From Lama glama (taxonomy: Eukaryota): a stretch of 64,000 nt of DNA. The position numbers and the translations under genes are program-made. Under the pieces are notes generated by a model that saw only the letters and a program-made list of their open reading frames with translations, was not told where the DNA came from and did not search any database. This document shows positions 38,093 to 51,337 of this stretch, piece by piece. Every line of letters starts with the position of its first letter. Position 1 is the first letter of the stretch. The stretch covers positions 13,270,001-13,334,000 of the forward strand of contig CM052818.1 of NCBI GenBank assembly GCA_028534125.1, in the 5' to 3' direction.

Positions 38093-38826
38093 CTGGTTCT
38101 TATCGGTCCAGTTTTAAAACATAGGCTCTACGTTGGGTTGTCTCCCCCACAGGCTGCCCACACGTCTTTTGTTTTTCCATCCAGGCCATGAAACAAGTGC
38201 TGGTAACTTGGACAGCCCTTGTTTGCTGGGACTTGCCTACTGCTCATACAGGTTGGGACCAAGCAAATGGCCAGGGAGCAGGGTTTATTGGGTGTGCTCT
38301 CAGGTTTCCACTGTCATAATGCACCTTCGGGATCTCTGTTTTGGGATTGGCCAGTGTATCAGTCAGATGGGCACAAAGAAGACCAAAAGCAATGGCAGAG
38401 ATTTAAGGGAAAGGAAGGCAAATGTATGCCTGATGTTTTGTCTACATTAGTATTAACTTGACAATTATTATTAATATTATTATTTGGTACATCTTGAAAT
38501 ACCTCCTTGCCCTCAATACTTGCATACATGCTTTTGAAGTAAATCACTCTGTGTTGCAGAGACCAAGGGTGCTGAGAAGGAGGGGACTCAGGCAGGAAAG
38601 TCTCAGTTCATTCCCTGCATGACAGGTTTAAACCAGCTGCGTCCTTTAAAGGGCTAGCTGCAAACAAGCTAATCAACCCACTTCACAACTACAATTCTTC
38701 CTACATCAAAATTTTTGAAAAGATCAGGAAATTATGTTATAGGTGAATATCCACTCACTATTTTTATGGTCTTACTTAGCAGTGTTGGATTAGAATTAAG
38801 AAAGAGTCACGTTTTAGTTCTCTTCA

Positions 38827-39606
38827 GAAAGTCTATAAATAACAATTGCTGGCAAGGATGTGGAGAAAAGAGCACCCTTGTACCCTGTTGGTAGGAATGT
38901 AAATTGGTGCAGCCTCTGTGGAAAACATGGAGGTTTTCCGCCACTGAGGTTCCTCAAAAAACTAAAAATAAAACTACCGTACTATCCAGCAATTCCCCTC
39001 CTAGGTATATATCCAAAGAAAACAAAAACACTAGTTCAAAAAGATACATGCACCCCAGTGTTCATAGTAGCATTATTTATAATAGCCAAGATACGGAAGC
39101 AACCTAAGTGTCCATCAACACATAAATGGGTAAAGAAGATGTGAGATTTTATACAAACACACACACACAATGGGATACTACTCAGCCATAAAAAAAGAAA
39201 TTTTGCCATTTGCAGCAGCATGGATGGACCTAGAGAGTATTATGCCTAATGAAATAAGTCAGACAGGAAAGACAAATGCTATATGATATCACTTGTATGT
39301 GGAAATCTAAAAAATACAACATACTAGTGAATAAAACAAGAAACTGACTCACAGATATAGAGAACAAACTAGTGGTTATCAGTGGGAAGACAGAAGTGGG
39401 GAGGGGTACAATAGGGGTAGGGATTAAGAGGTACAAACTACTCTGTGTGAAATAAATAAGCTAAAGGGTATATTGTACAACACAGGGAATATACCCACTA
39501 TTTTATAATAATTTAAAATGAAGTATAACCTATAAAAATATTGAATCACTATGCTGTATACCTGAAACTAACATAATATTGTAAGACAACTACACTTTAA
39601 TAAAAC
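38827..39606 (+). mobile_element. 5'-truncated L1 (L1MA9-like ORF2 end and 3'UTR)
   Basis: ORF 38860..39144 reads as the L1 ORF2 C-terminus ([22 protein letters not shown]...KDTCTPVFIVALFIIAK); 3'UTR gattaagaggtacaaacta...tattgtacaacacagggaatata...cctgaaactaacataatattgta. Confidence 0.95.
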
Positions 39607-40149
39607 AGGAAACGACAAAATAAATTTAGAAAAATAGTAACAATACACGTTTTAAAAAGAAAGCCCATAAATTCAACTGAGCATATCTGCCACTTGCCAC
39701 GGAGAGTCACTGTTTCTTGGAGACAGTGTTCGAATTCTGCCTGGGACTCCCATTTGCTGGGGCCTGCCACCGTCACTTCCACGGGTGAGCCTCACCTTAG
39801 GTAAACCCCATCCGTGAATGTCCAGACCTGTCCTAACAGACAGTTTAATGGTAAACATTTACTTTCCCGAAAGTTATGTTCATAGTCAAAAGGATTCACA
39901 CACACACACACAAATTCCTTCTAGTAATAATCTCCACTAGTAGATTTAAAATATGTTTTCTTTTTTTTTTCACAGTGAATCAAAGTATACCCATAGGGTA
40001 CAAAAATTATGGAATGCAACACGCTTTGAGGCCAGCAAAGAAGCCATTTCCTGATCATGCCCTCTCTCAAAAGACTCCCACCTAAAATTTAACGGTCTCT
40101 GCTGTCACTGCTCCTCTACACTGAGCTGTGATTAAGAGCAGCAGAAGAC

Positions 40150-40332
40150 TGAAACCCAATTCCTCCATTTATTATCTGGGCAGCCTTGCAAAATTCACTT
40201 GACCTCTCTCTACCTTAACTTCCTCATCTTTAAAATGGGCGGGAAAATAAGGTAATTTAGAAACAGAGTTGTTGTGAAAATTACATGACAATGCATGTAA
40301 TCCCCTCACCGTATAATAATTGTTAGCTTTGA
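40150..40332 (+). mobile_element. MIR SINE
   Basis: ccttgcaaaattcacttgacctctct...cttcctcatctttaaaatggg...agagttgttgtgaaaattacatgacaatgcatgtaa. Confidence 0.75.
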
Positions 40333-42544
40333 TTATAATTACCTCTCCTTTTGGGAGAGTGTCTGAAATTAACATAATAAATTCCTGTTGAGTGTGTGCT
40401 ATGGGTAAGGCTCTGTACTGGTCACTTAAATTTTGTTAGAGTTAATGAAGATAAAACACCAAAACAAAGGCCTTTTTGGGTATTAATTACTTAACATAAT
40501 TATATGACTTTTCTAGAGAAACAGTCTATAGAGAGTGCAAAGGAGGGACACAGTAGAAGGCTGCCCACATAAGTGTCACACCTCTGCTGGGGCAGCAGCC
40601 TGAACACCAAGTGTTCGCTCAGCAAGTTCCCGGCGCTGGGAGAGGGCATGGGCATTTAGCTTGGCAGCCTCCCCTCAGACCGGTAAATCCCTGGTCCACA
40701 GTAAGTGGTCAATAAACATTTGCTTCAGTTGTTGGATCAGGAAAGGATGAGACAAAGAAAAGGAGAAGGTCAGGTTCAAAGGGTTTCCTAGAGCTTTTGT
40801 TGTTGTTTTCTTGTCTGTTTCCCTTTTAAATCTAAAATGCTCAAAGTCCTTTATGGAATCCTTCACCACCTAGGCAGGTAGTGAGGCATCCCACTCTCCC
40901 TGGTCCATGGATATGAGCTTGCTGAGAGAACCTGAATCTGGACTGGAGCCCAAAACGATAACAGCTGCACAAACAAAACAAAACAACAAAACATTCATTT
41001 GGACAAAATTCGATGCAGGCCTTCTTCCACATCTTCATTCACAGAGGTTCCCTTGAAATGGCAATTTCGATAAACCAGTACTTTTATGCAAAAAGAGATG
41101 ATCGGAGTCCTTCAATAAAAGGAACTTAACAATAAGAAGAAAGAGACGTATTATTCTATGCACCGAAGGGCCACACACCCAGATGGGCTGGCCACAACTC
41201 CCTTGCAGTTCTGCTCCACAGAATCTTCTATTGGGCAGACCCTATCATAAACACGAATCAAGCACCAAGGACCACAAAGTAAACTGACAAACAAAAAGAA
41301 CAAAAAGAATCCCCCAGCACAGCTTTTGTGAGGCAAAAGAAGGGGAATCCTAGTCTGACTTCAGAGGTTAGTGACAGTTTAACTTAATAGACTCTCTTTA
41401 TTGTGCAGAGTAAATGTTTTGAGTTAGGAGGAATTCTTTTAAAGATGTTCTGTTTAACCATAAAGTTGGTTAAAGAAGTCTTTACACTTCTCATCTGCAA
41501 TTTGTGCATGCTAAACTTGTTAATTGATGGCTCTAAGTAGAACACAAAATAAAATATCCTGTCACTTGTATAACATGCCGAATTGTGTTTGTTTCTAAAC
41601 TTCATTTGTTAGATTGGTAACCAATTGTCACATAGGTTTACAAAATTAAAATTGGGCTTTTTATAGTCTTTTCACACTTTATATGTGTTGTATAACCTTC
41701 TTATAACGATTTCCTCACTATAACAATCTCTTTGTATACTGGAATGATCCTTTGGTTACGATTACCTCACAAAGAAGTCATTTTGATATTTCAGAATTAA
41801 AACCTCTTTGGAGTGAGTCCAAGAGCGACTTTCACTTTAGAACAAATTGGTCTTTGTGACAAGTCATATATTAATACTCCTAGGTGTTTTAACTTAAGTT
41901 CTAAAAAAACACACTATCTCTGATATCTAAATATCAGAATCCTAAACTAAGACCTATTCACCTTTTCGGCTATATCTTGTCTCTGAGTATTAAAAGACAC
42001 AATATTTTGACAGCTGAGGCACATTCCATATTTACGTTTCACACAAACAAGGCACTCTTGCTCATTTTATTGCCACACAAGCCTAGGGATAAACATCTCT
42101 TTCTTCCTGTCCCCTACATGTCATTTGGCCATGAGGCATTATTTTTGCCTCCTAATTCTTGTTTTTAGAGCAAGTTGTGTTTTAACTTAACTTTCTTTTT
42201 ATTTCCTGGTTTAACAGTGATCAATTAGATGTTTTCTTGCCCTGCACAATGAGAGAGCGTCTCCCTCTCTGTATGCCATTCCAACTTCCTGAACCCAGAG
42301 CTCTTCACAACTGGGAACAATTCTTTTTTATTTTGAGAAACAGAGTAGACCGGAAGAACGGGCAAACAGATAGTAAAGGGCCTCCCCAAAGTATGCTCTT
42401 TTTGGAACATGCTTATCATTAGGATGGTACAAATCTGCCTGATTATTTTTTTATCTAGACTGAACTCCGGTGAGGATTTTTTTTTTATTTGGTTTGGTTC
42501 TTTTTTTTTTTTTTTTCTTTTTCTGTCTCACAAAAACCAAGTGT

Positions 42545-42790
42545 TCTCCAGCAATGAGGCAACGGAAAAAATCAATACTTGCCATGTACCATGTAACCAA
42601 TAGAATAAGGGGAATGATTTATGTATGGATGGATGCAGCCTGAATCAGCTGGGGCCTCGCACAGAGAGCGAGAAAGAGAGAGCAAGGGAGAGACAGAGAG
42701 AGAGAGAGAAAAAACAGGAGGAGGTGGGGGGCAAGCTGAACTGCAGTGATTATTTCTACAGTGTGGCCAGATTTTTTTTTTTTCTTGCAG
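42545..42790 (+). promoter_or_regulatory. Candidate non-CpG-island promoter (CCAAT box, ONECUT-like site, GA-rich tract)
   Basis: AAAAATCAATA at ~42566-42577, CCAAT at 42597-42601, GA-rich purine tract ~42661-42730, more CpGs than the flanks, inside a repeat-poor block. Confidence 0.4.
42661..42714 (+). repeat. Imperfect (GA)n polypurine tract
   Basis: acagagagcgagaaagagagagcaagggagagacagagagagagagagaaaaaa. Confidence 0.9.
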
Positions 42791-43167
42791 CAATAATCCC
42801 CTTCTCCAGCACTGCAGGACAGAGGGAAAGCCTGCAATTTGTGGAATATATGATGGCTCAGCTCCCCCTTGTTTCCCCAGAGTCATGATGCCACGTTCAT
42901 ACTGAGGTACACTGAGAAGTGGAACTGATGTATGGCCTGCAGCCCTTCAACCTTCCAGTCATCTCCACCCTAAGAAAGGCTAGTGATGGGTCGACAAGCA
43001 CTAGTTGACAGAGTCAAATTATCAACAGGATTTTAAAAAAAAACAACGTTCCAGCACCGCTTCCTAAGAAGACCAGCAGGAAGGGCTACAGACGAGAACT
43101 ACTCAAGAGTTTCTGCTGGAAATATAGTTCGGTTAACTGGAAATCTGGGGCGCTGCAGCATTTAAAG
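42791..43167 (+). other. Candidate non-coding (5'UTR-type) exon; may start upstream near 42630 if it is a first exon
   Basis: Strong acceptor tttttttttttt-cttgcag ending 42790; donor candidates AAG|GTATTT (43168) and AAG|GTAACT (43184); only short ATG ORFs; AT-rich intron-like sequence follows. Confidence 0.35.
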
Positions 43168-45722
43168 GTATTTAATCTTGAAGGTAACTTTTAGGGTAGC
43201 TGATACTCTTGCTCAAAGCTTAGCTATTAGCTGTACTTATAAGTGCTGGTGGTGTGAAGGTGCAAATAGCACCAAATCCAGCTACTTCACAGCTGGATAC
43301 ATGGTATTATTGTATATGGAATTCTGGTGTTTGGGGCTTTAAACTGGGTTAATCATTGGCTTTAGAATGACATAATGTATATTTTAAAATGACATGTTTT
43401 ATAAAATTCCTACTCCCTGGTTCAAACTTAGGATGAACCGTGTAAGACTTCTGTGAAAGGCAAATGTGACCATTCCTTTGGAATATCTTTGTTTTCTGAG
43501 ATTTATTTAAATAGATTTCAATTTATTTTTGTAAGTTACCTTCTTTCTACAGTGTGCTTGAAACTATAGGAAGCTTGACAGTATTATGTTTCTATCAGCC
43601 TGTTGAAAATGACTGAATGATATCTTTTTATGGGGAACATTGATGCTATGCAATTTTTAATAATATTTTTGCATCCTTTAACCCAAATACAGTGTTAATA
43701 CCACATTTAGATATTTCCTGTGAAATATCCTATATTCTATATATGATCCATTACATTGCACATAATACTTGGAAAGATATTTTAAATGCTGAATGTGGCA
43801 GAATAATGCTGTGCCATTAATGTATGTTTAATTTGGAGCTGGTAGTGTTAACACTCATAAGCTATTAAAATAGCTCTGTTTCCCCTTCAGTTGAAAGTAT
43901 CCATTCAACTCAGCATTATTGTAAACTCTGTTGACAAAATGTCATGTTTTTCTTTTAAATATATACATAAACCCTACAAAAATTATCTTAAACTCTTTTA
44001 ACAAAATTCCGTGTTGTTTTTTAAATATGTATATTCAAAGTGTCCTGAATGGCAATTTTTAGCATTTTTCCACATATGTATTTACTATCTAATTTTTTCT
44101 TTCATTTATCACATAATTACTTTTTGGTTTCTAGGATATTGTATTTAGTTCCTTATTTACATTGCATAGTTTGTACTTTTATTTAGTAGTTGAATGAATA
44201 CTTAGGATTAAGGATTAGAAGCAAAGAGTAGACAACTAGAAAAATATACAGAACTACTCTCGGTAGTCCTCATCTTTTAAATGATTCTTCATACTTTAAT
44301 ATCATTTTTAATGGGTATTACTTAAGAGCAGTTAAGTTGAAACACTATTAGTTATAAATCAATAAATATTCTCATGTCTTCATTTAAATACCTAGTCATT
44401 GAGAGATTTGATCTACCCAGTTCCTTGCAAAACTCTTTTGGGAAGATTTCTAGTAAATTAAACAAATACATATAATGTCTTTCCTCTAAACAAAATTAGA
44501 ACAATAAAAATGCACACCATAAATAAACTATATGTAGTGAAATATCTTTCAGTAATTTTAATACACACCTGATTACCCAAACCAGCAGAAACTCTGCATA
44601 ATCATTTTGAATGGGGAAGACCAAGAAAATATTTGCTGTCTCCATGTGAGGACAGATGAGCCTTGGTTTTTACATTTTGATCTGGATCATCATTCTCTCT
44701 CTCTCACTCTTCTATTGGCCCAAACAGGTAAAACAACAGAAACCTCTTACCGTCTTCACTTTTGGTTCTGCTGCCTCAGTCAAGCTGTCCAACTGAGGGT
44801 TAATAAACACAGAAAACCTGGAGATAGTCCAAATATAGTGAGAGCCTTGAAGTCCAAGCTCAGCGCTGCAAGTACCTCAGCCAGAAGGATGTTCTTTGAG
44901 CCCTACAAGCAGGTATGGGCTTCCCCCTCCAAAAAAACTAAAGCACATGGGAATGAAGAAGCATGATCACAAGCAAGGTGCAGCTGAACTATAAGGTAAG
45001 CACAAGCAGAGCCTTGTTGCAGGTTTATTTTTAGAGATGTGTTGTTGCTCCTTAAGAAAAACTGTTATCTATAGCAGAGAAAAAGATTAAAAGCCTGCCA
45101 AAGGCCACAGAGATTGCTTAACAAGTCTAGCCATGTCCACTATATTATTTGAGATGGGCCTTAAGCCCACAGGTACCTGGAATGTCAGCAAACAGAGAAT
45201 CCTGACCCTAACAATAGGAGAATTACAGAATGACTGATAAACTAACTGCAGGGAGGAGAAGGGTAAACAGGAAACGCAAGAATTGAATTTCCTTGTGACT
45301 TAACAGAGTGCCAACAGCATCTTTTTGTTTTGAAAGTTTTTTGTATTAAACGTAACTTTCCAAGTGCTAATGAAAGCTGAATAATCCTTCCCCTCAATAT
45401 GAGATTAATTTCCTATAAATATCTGGAGTTAAAATGCATAAATGACGCTCATGTTGTCATCTTATGCAGCGACAAAAAAAAAAAAAAGCAATTCTTTTCA
45501 TTGTGAATGAGGTCTTCAGTAAAGACCTGCTATGGTTTATTCTTCATCGGAGGTTACAATTTCACTGATGAACTATCCATTAAAGAGAAAATCAATATCT
45601 GAGCTTAACCGCCTGCTTTGTTTTAGTACCTCAAATTATTTTAAAAACTGATTAACATAAATAAGTCACTGTTTAGGAAATACAACAAATGAGTGTTTTA
45701 CATTGCTATTCTAGCATCCACC

Positions 45723-45774
45723 AAAAAAAAAAAAAAAAAAAAAGAAAGAAAGAAAGAAAGAAAAAAGAAAAAAA
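45723..45774 (+). repeat. Poly(A)/(GAAA)n simple repeat
   Basis: A-run followed by gaaagaaagaaagaaag. Confidence 0.9.
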
Positions 45775-48700
45775 GTTCCGGTTCTCATTTATTTAACAAT
45801 TCATTAGTCTACTTAATAAAAATAAATGAAAGAACTAATAAAAAATCCACATTTTTACTTTCTAAAGTTTAATTTCATGCTTGCATTAAAATAAACTAAA
45901 AATGAAAATAAAATAAATGAAAGCATTCTACTGTGAAAAATCAACAGTATCACTTCTAAATAGGTCTGCTTACTCCTGAGAGATAACTTGTGGGCCCTCC
46001 ATCAAAGAACTGTCTTTTATGCACTTGGTTTCTTTTTTCTTCAATTAGTCTATGGCAGCCAGAGCATCTTGGGTTAGTCCAGTTTAATCTGAACATAATT
46101 GGATGGCAAGTTTTTATTTTCTAATCTAAATGAGCTCACCTGAAAAACACATAGAACCCTGATTCTATTTAACACAGAGGTTAAATAAGGACAACAAAAT
46201 GTGACATTACATTTCTATTCCCTGATATACAGTTGAATATGATTACCTGTACTCTCCAGACCTTGCCAAGGCATAGAAACACAGCCAACATCCACTGAAA
46301 ATATTAAAAGACAGACGCCCAAACCTGCACCTCAACCTATTTGCCTGGTAGCATGAGGTTCCTAGGCCCTCGACTTGGCTGTTTGCATCTGCATCTGTAT
46401 AGATTATGTGAAGATATAGATCCTTTCGTTTCTCAGAAAGCTGTTTAGTTCTAGCCACAACTTAATGGTTTTATTGTATGGGCTGCTTCTTTTATTCAAG
46501 CAGAATTTTTCTCCTAGAAGATCTAAATGAGAGCACACCCTTCCCCCTCTCCAGGGAATAATCCAAAAGCTGGGAGGTTCTTAATAAAACAATTAATTGT
46601 GATAAATTTCTGATTTTTGCTCCTTCATCCTGGGGTATTTCCATGGCAACATCCTCTCATCCTATTGTTGGGTTGTTCTTCATTCACACAGCAGGTTAAG
46701 CCCAGGGCAGTGAGGGCAGGCTGATGGTCAGCCTTTATTTTCTCTGGTCCTTCAACAAAGGTTAGTTGAGGTCACCAGAAGCCAAAGGGTAATTACTTTT
46801 CCTCCACAGGGTTAAAGGTACACAGATTGCTATTGGGACGACTGTATGGATGACCTTCAGCTTTTAATGTTCAATCTTCTTTTCTTTCATCAGAATGAAT
46901 AAGTAGGATATAACAGTGGTGAGGCACCCCCATGCCTGGAATTCAGAATAGAAAGCCAAATGTCTTTTTATTTTGTAAAACTACTATCTATTAGCATAAC
47001 ATGCTCTTGGAATCAATTGGCAAACCCAACGCATAAAACGTTTCCTACTCCTTAAATAGAAAACAAAACAAAACAAACTACAAAAACAACAACAAAAAAC
47101 CCTCATGGCAGAAAATTGCAGCTGTCCACTGGTTTTCTGATTTAGTTAATTTGATATTCATAATTTCCTGGGCTTCATCATTTTCCTGAGGATGTGTTCT
47201 TAAACGCTGAGAAGAAAATGGAAGCTCTCCTGTCTCCATGAAGCATCTGGGGATCTATTTTTGCCCCTTCAAACACCATTTGTAGTCTTGTCCCTCTGAA
47301 CTAAGAATAAATCAGATTAAAATGAGTTTCCTCTCTTTGCCTCTATTCTCAAAGACAGACAGCTTCTAAATTAATTTGTGGGGGTTGTGGGGGGGATCAT
47401 TTGAAAATGAGTAGTTAAAACACTTTGCCCACTGATTTGAAGAGCCATTTTGAGATTTCAGCTCTTTATATCAATCTGGAATTTTTTTAAAATGATTGTT
47501 ATCATCCACCCCCACCCCCCAACAAATGGAGCCAGCCACCAGCCTGATGGATGCATTTGCCATTGTTCTACCACCAGGCAAAGAGACTTTTGGCTCCCTG
47601 AACATGATGGCTTTTGCTAATGGTTCACCTTAATGGATACACAGAAGGGAGCCTGAGCCCCTTCATGGGGGAGAGGCTCAGATCATCTGAAAGAGCCACT
47701 TGACCCATTCTGCAGCCTTAGCCAGAGGGAACCATCCCCTGAGTCTCATCATCTTTGTCCCAGAAGTTGCCTTGAGAAGTATTAAGGGGAACTGAGAGGA
47801 GACTCCCCGTATTCCTACTACAAGAGCAAGGTGGAGACATTGTTTCTGTCCATTTCTCAGATTCACTCTTGTATGATCTGAGAGCAACCAGCCACTTTAT
47901 TTCCCTGCAGTCCTCTGTCTCCCCCATCAGGATTGGACTAGTGGCCTCTCCAAGCCCTTCCTTCACACTCTCCATATTGAGTCATCCTTCTGCTCATGAG
48001 CTTCCCGGGAACCTCCAGATCCAATTCCCAAGGCTATCACTCTGGTTGCTTCATCAGCTGGTCCCTCCATTTGGCCTGAACTTTATGTTCCAGCCATCCC
48101 CCATTGGCTGCTCTGCCTTAGTCAAGCAACTGATAGCCTCCTGTGTGTAACTTCACCCTTCCTGGGCGCTTATGCTATCCTCTCTAAATGCCAGTCCTCT
48201 CTTCTAATTCCTGCCTCTTTGAAATGTTGGTTCAAAATTTAGTTCTTTCAGGAATTCCTCCATATTTTATCCCTTGCTATATCTAAATAAATTGAATAAA
48301 TATGTTTAATAAAATATTATATATTATATATTTGTTACATATGTGACATATCATACATATAATTATACAATAAAGCTATAGTAAATGCATCTAAATATAA
48401 AACCTTCTTAAATAACAACTTTTTAAAAACCCAAAGCTTTAAATTGTCCCCATTTACAAATACTTTGGCTTCTTACAACTACTGCTTTCTGTGAGACAAT
48501 TTATTACATAGTTGCTATCAGTAATTATCTTGGCAAGTTCTATTTTTTTTTCACTTTTAAAAATTTTCTATTGTCCTCTCTACATCTCTACAAAGTCCTC
48601 ATGGCTGTCGTTCTTGAGAGTAAAATTTTGGTATCATATCACAATCTCCCAAAATAATCTCCTTGTTCTCAATGACTATCAACTAAAATTTGTTATTATT

Positions 48701-50639
48701 AATTGATAATTAAGGAGATAGCAGAAAATAAAACAAAGTATAATCACATCCAGGGATATTTAATTTAGAAAAGATTCCTGAAGTCTTCAAGACCCATAGA
48801 GCACGGTTCTGGATGTGGAATGGTAAGTGATAGAGATAATATTTGGAAAAGGAGATAAGAAACCTATGGAGGCATGCATCAGGGTCTGGCATGAGACCTG
48901 GATGCATATAACTGGATGAGTGAAGGGAAGGGAATATCTAGTGGGCTGACAGCAATGCCCCTCACTGGTAAAGAAGTTGCCTTTTCCTCAGTTATAGACC
49001 AAAGTCAAAGGACCAATTGTATTCTCACGTCAGGGCTCCCTGACCAGGGGCATTCAATGAAGGCAGGGCTGTGAACTCCTAAAGCTGGCTCTAGGCTGGT
49101 TAGCTGGGGCTCAAAGAATTATTAGGGAGAGTGATGGGTTCACATGACGTAAACCTTAGGAAAATTATTCTTTCCCTTTCTGCATAAAAATTCCCTTCTT
49201 TCTCATTCCCTTGCAATCATCCCCAGGTGTACCAGCTCCCCAGAATCCTATTTACATGAAGGTTTTAACATCAATAGACCATATTTTTCCCAGATCTGTT
49301 AAGAAAGATACCTGTATGAAACATGTAGCCATAAACAAGGTATCTCCAATGGTGGCATTTCAGGTACTGTGGATTTTGATGAGAGAGATATTTAGAAGCA
49401 TCACCTTCCTAGATCCTGACAGGTCACCCTTTGAGTGCTCTCTGGGCCAGTGAAAAATTAAAAGTAAAGCACCTGTGATATATAGATCAAATCTTCCTGC
49501 AACACAAGAGGTCACTCACTTTTGTTCATTTCAAAATGGACATGAGCATTCTTCCTTTTTAGGCAATAAATTCAAGCAGTTGACATTAGCTTCTTACTAC
49601 TTCTAAAAACTTATTTTTCTCTTGAAATACAGAGACACTGGGTTCTCTGTCCTATAGTAGGCTTCTCTGTCTCCCATCATGTATAGAAAATCTTACTAAA
49701 ACATAGAGGAATTTTCACTGTCACAATGAGTTCTTCCTCATGTGCCAGAAAAAGATATGATTTGTCAACTCTTCTAAATGCTATCTTCCTATGTGGGATA
49801 TAAGGCTGTCTCTTACAGAACCTACTGCAGAAACTTCTCGAGCAGTTGTTGAGTGGTTACAGAGAGTGACAGGGAAGTGCCGAGGTCTGGACCATCAGCC
49901 TCGGTGCCAAGTGAGTGATGAGTGCTCAGGGGTCCAGCATTGGCCGCCTGGCATCTCGGGGTGCTATGGTGTCCTAAAGCTTGGAGCACTGCCAGGGCTG
50001 GCATGAGATGGCACCTGAGAAGAAGACTGTAACACAGCACTACTCAGATTTTAGTATACATAAGAAGCGCAGATTTCTGGATCTCACTCCCTGATGAGCT
50101 GATTCAGTAGTCCCCCAAATCTGCATTTCTAACAAGCTGTCAAGTGATGAGCATGCTCCCCAGCTGTGGCCCCACTTGGAGAAGTACTGTGATAGATTTC
50201 GCTTCTCTGGATTTCACTCCTTGTACTTGCAAAACATACCACCATCTTTCCACTGGGCAGAGGGTTTCTCACCCGTTCAGAAATACTTGTGACTTCTGGA
50301 CACCACTCTTTTACCTGCCTGCCTCTCTGCTCTGGTTCTCACTTTGTTTTGACATAGCCCTTTAGTTTGTATGGATTATATGGGCCCTGAAGAATAGCAC
50401 TCATCCTATTTTATTCAACTACAAGGCAACTCCAGTTTCCTGCTATTAAGGCAGGAAAAATCTTGTCCTTCACCGTCCTCTGTACCCAGAGAAGCCCTTT
50501 CCACAAATTCCAATTCCTCACCTCTCTACAAATGTTTTGGTGATCCTTTCTCTTCTCTGATCTTAAATGAGCTAAGAGACTGCCAAGACATACAAGAAGA
50601 TATAACCCCTTTCCCAGGAAGCTTGCACTGTTGAGTGAC

Positions 50640-50862
50640 AACTTAGTGTGGTGGTGAAGTGCAGATTGCTTCAGGCCCCAACTATGCCTTTTATTAGCTA
50701 TGACCTCAGACAAACAATTTAGCCTTTCTTAGACTCAATTTATTTTTCTGCAAAGTGGGAACACATACATACCTCTTAGGGTTCTAATAATATTTGCATA
50801 TAAAAGAGCTTAGGCACGATGCCTGGAGCACAGTAAGATCTACATAAATAGTAGCTATTATT
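50640..50862 (+). mobile_element. MIR SINE
   Basis: ttattagctatgacctcagacaaacaatttagcc...ctgcaaagtggga...atacctcttagggtt...gcctggagcacagtaagatctacataaatagtagctattatt. Confidence 0.75.
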
Positions 50863-51288
50863 TGTATACAGCCCTCATTATGAAAGCCCAAAAGGCTTTA
50901 AAATTCCAGCTCAGCAGCTTCCTTGTTAGGTAATTTTGGGCAAACTAATATATCTTTGAACCTCAGTTTCTTCATCATTAAATGCTGATAAGTCACCCAT
51001 TGCCAGGATTGTTATAAATCTTAAAAAAAATAAAAACTTCCTAGCACTGTTTTAGAAGATACTCAACCAATGATTCCTATAAATATTGTTATTATTTAAC
51101 GTATTTTTCTGCCTGGTCAGAACATAAGACCTGCCTTTGACTTTGAACTCCAGCCTCTGAACAGCTCCTTGAAGCCTCCCACAGCTTTCAGACTCCAATA
51201 GAAGTAACACCACTACTTAATTTTTGGGTTCATGGAAGCCTAGATAAGTCATTTCAACAGGTGATTTTGGGATTTCATACACCAGTAG

Positions 51289-51337
51289 AAGATAGATAGA
51301 GAGAGATAAATAGATAGACAGATAGATGGATATAGAT
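51289..51337 (+). repeat. Degenerate (GATA)n microsatellite
   Basis: gatagatagagagagataaatagatagacagatagatggatatagata. Confidence 0.85.

Noticed and set aside
41919..41938. Perfect hairpin TCTGATAT-CTAA-ATATCAGA
   Set aside because: An 8-bp AT-rich stem is expected by chance in 64 kb.
46243..46458. ORF starting MARTKQ, like histone H3
   Set aside because: The start codon is GTG, similarity stops after six residues (LSEKRK instead of TARKS), and I saw no further H3 sequence; chance match.
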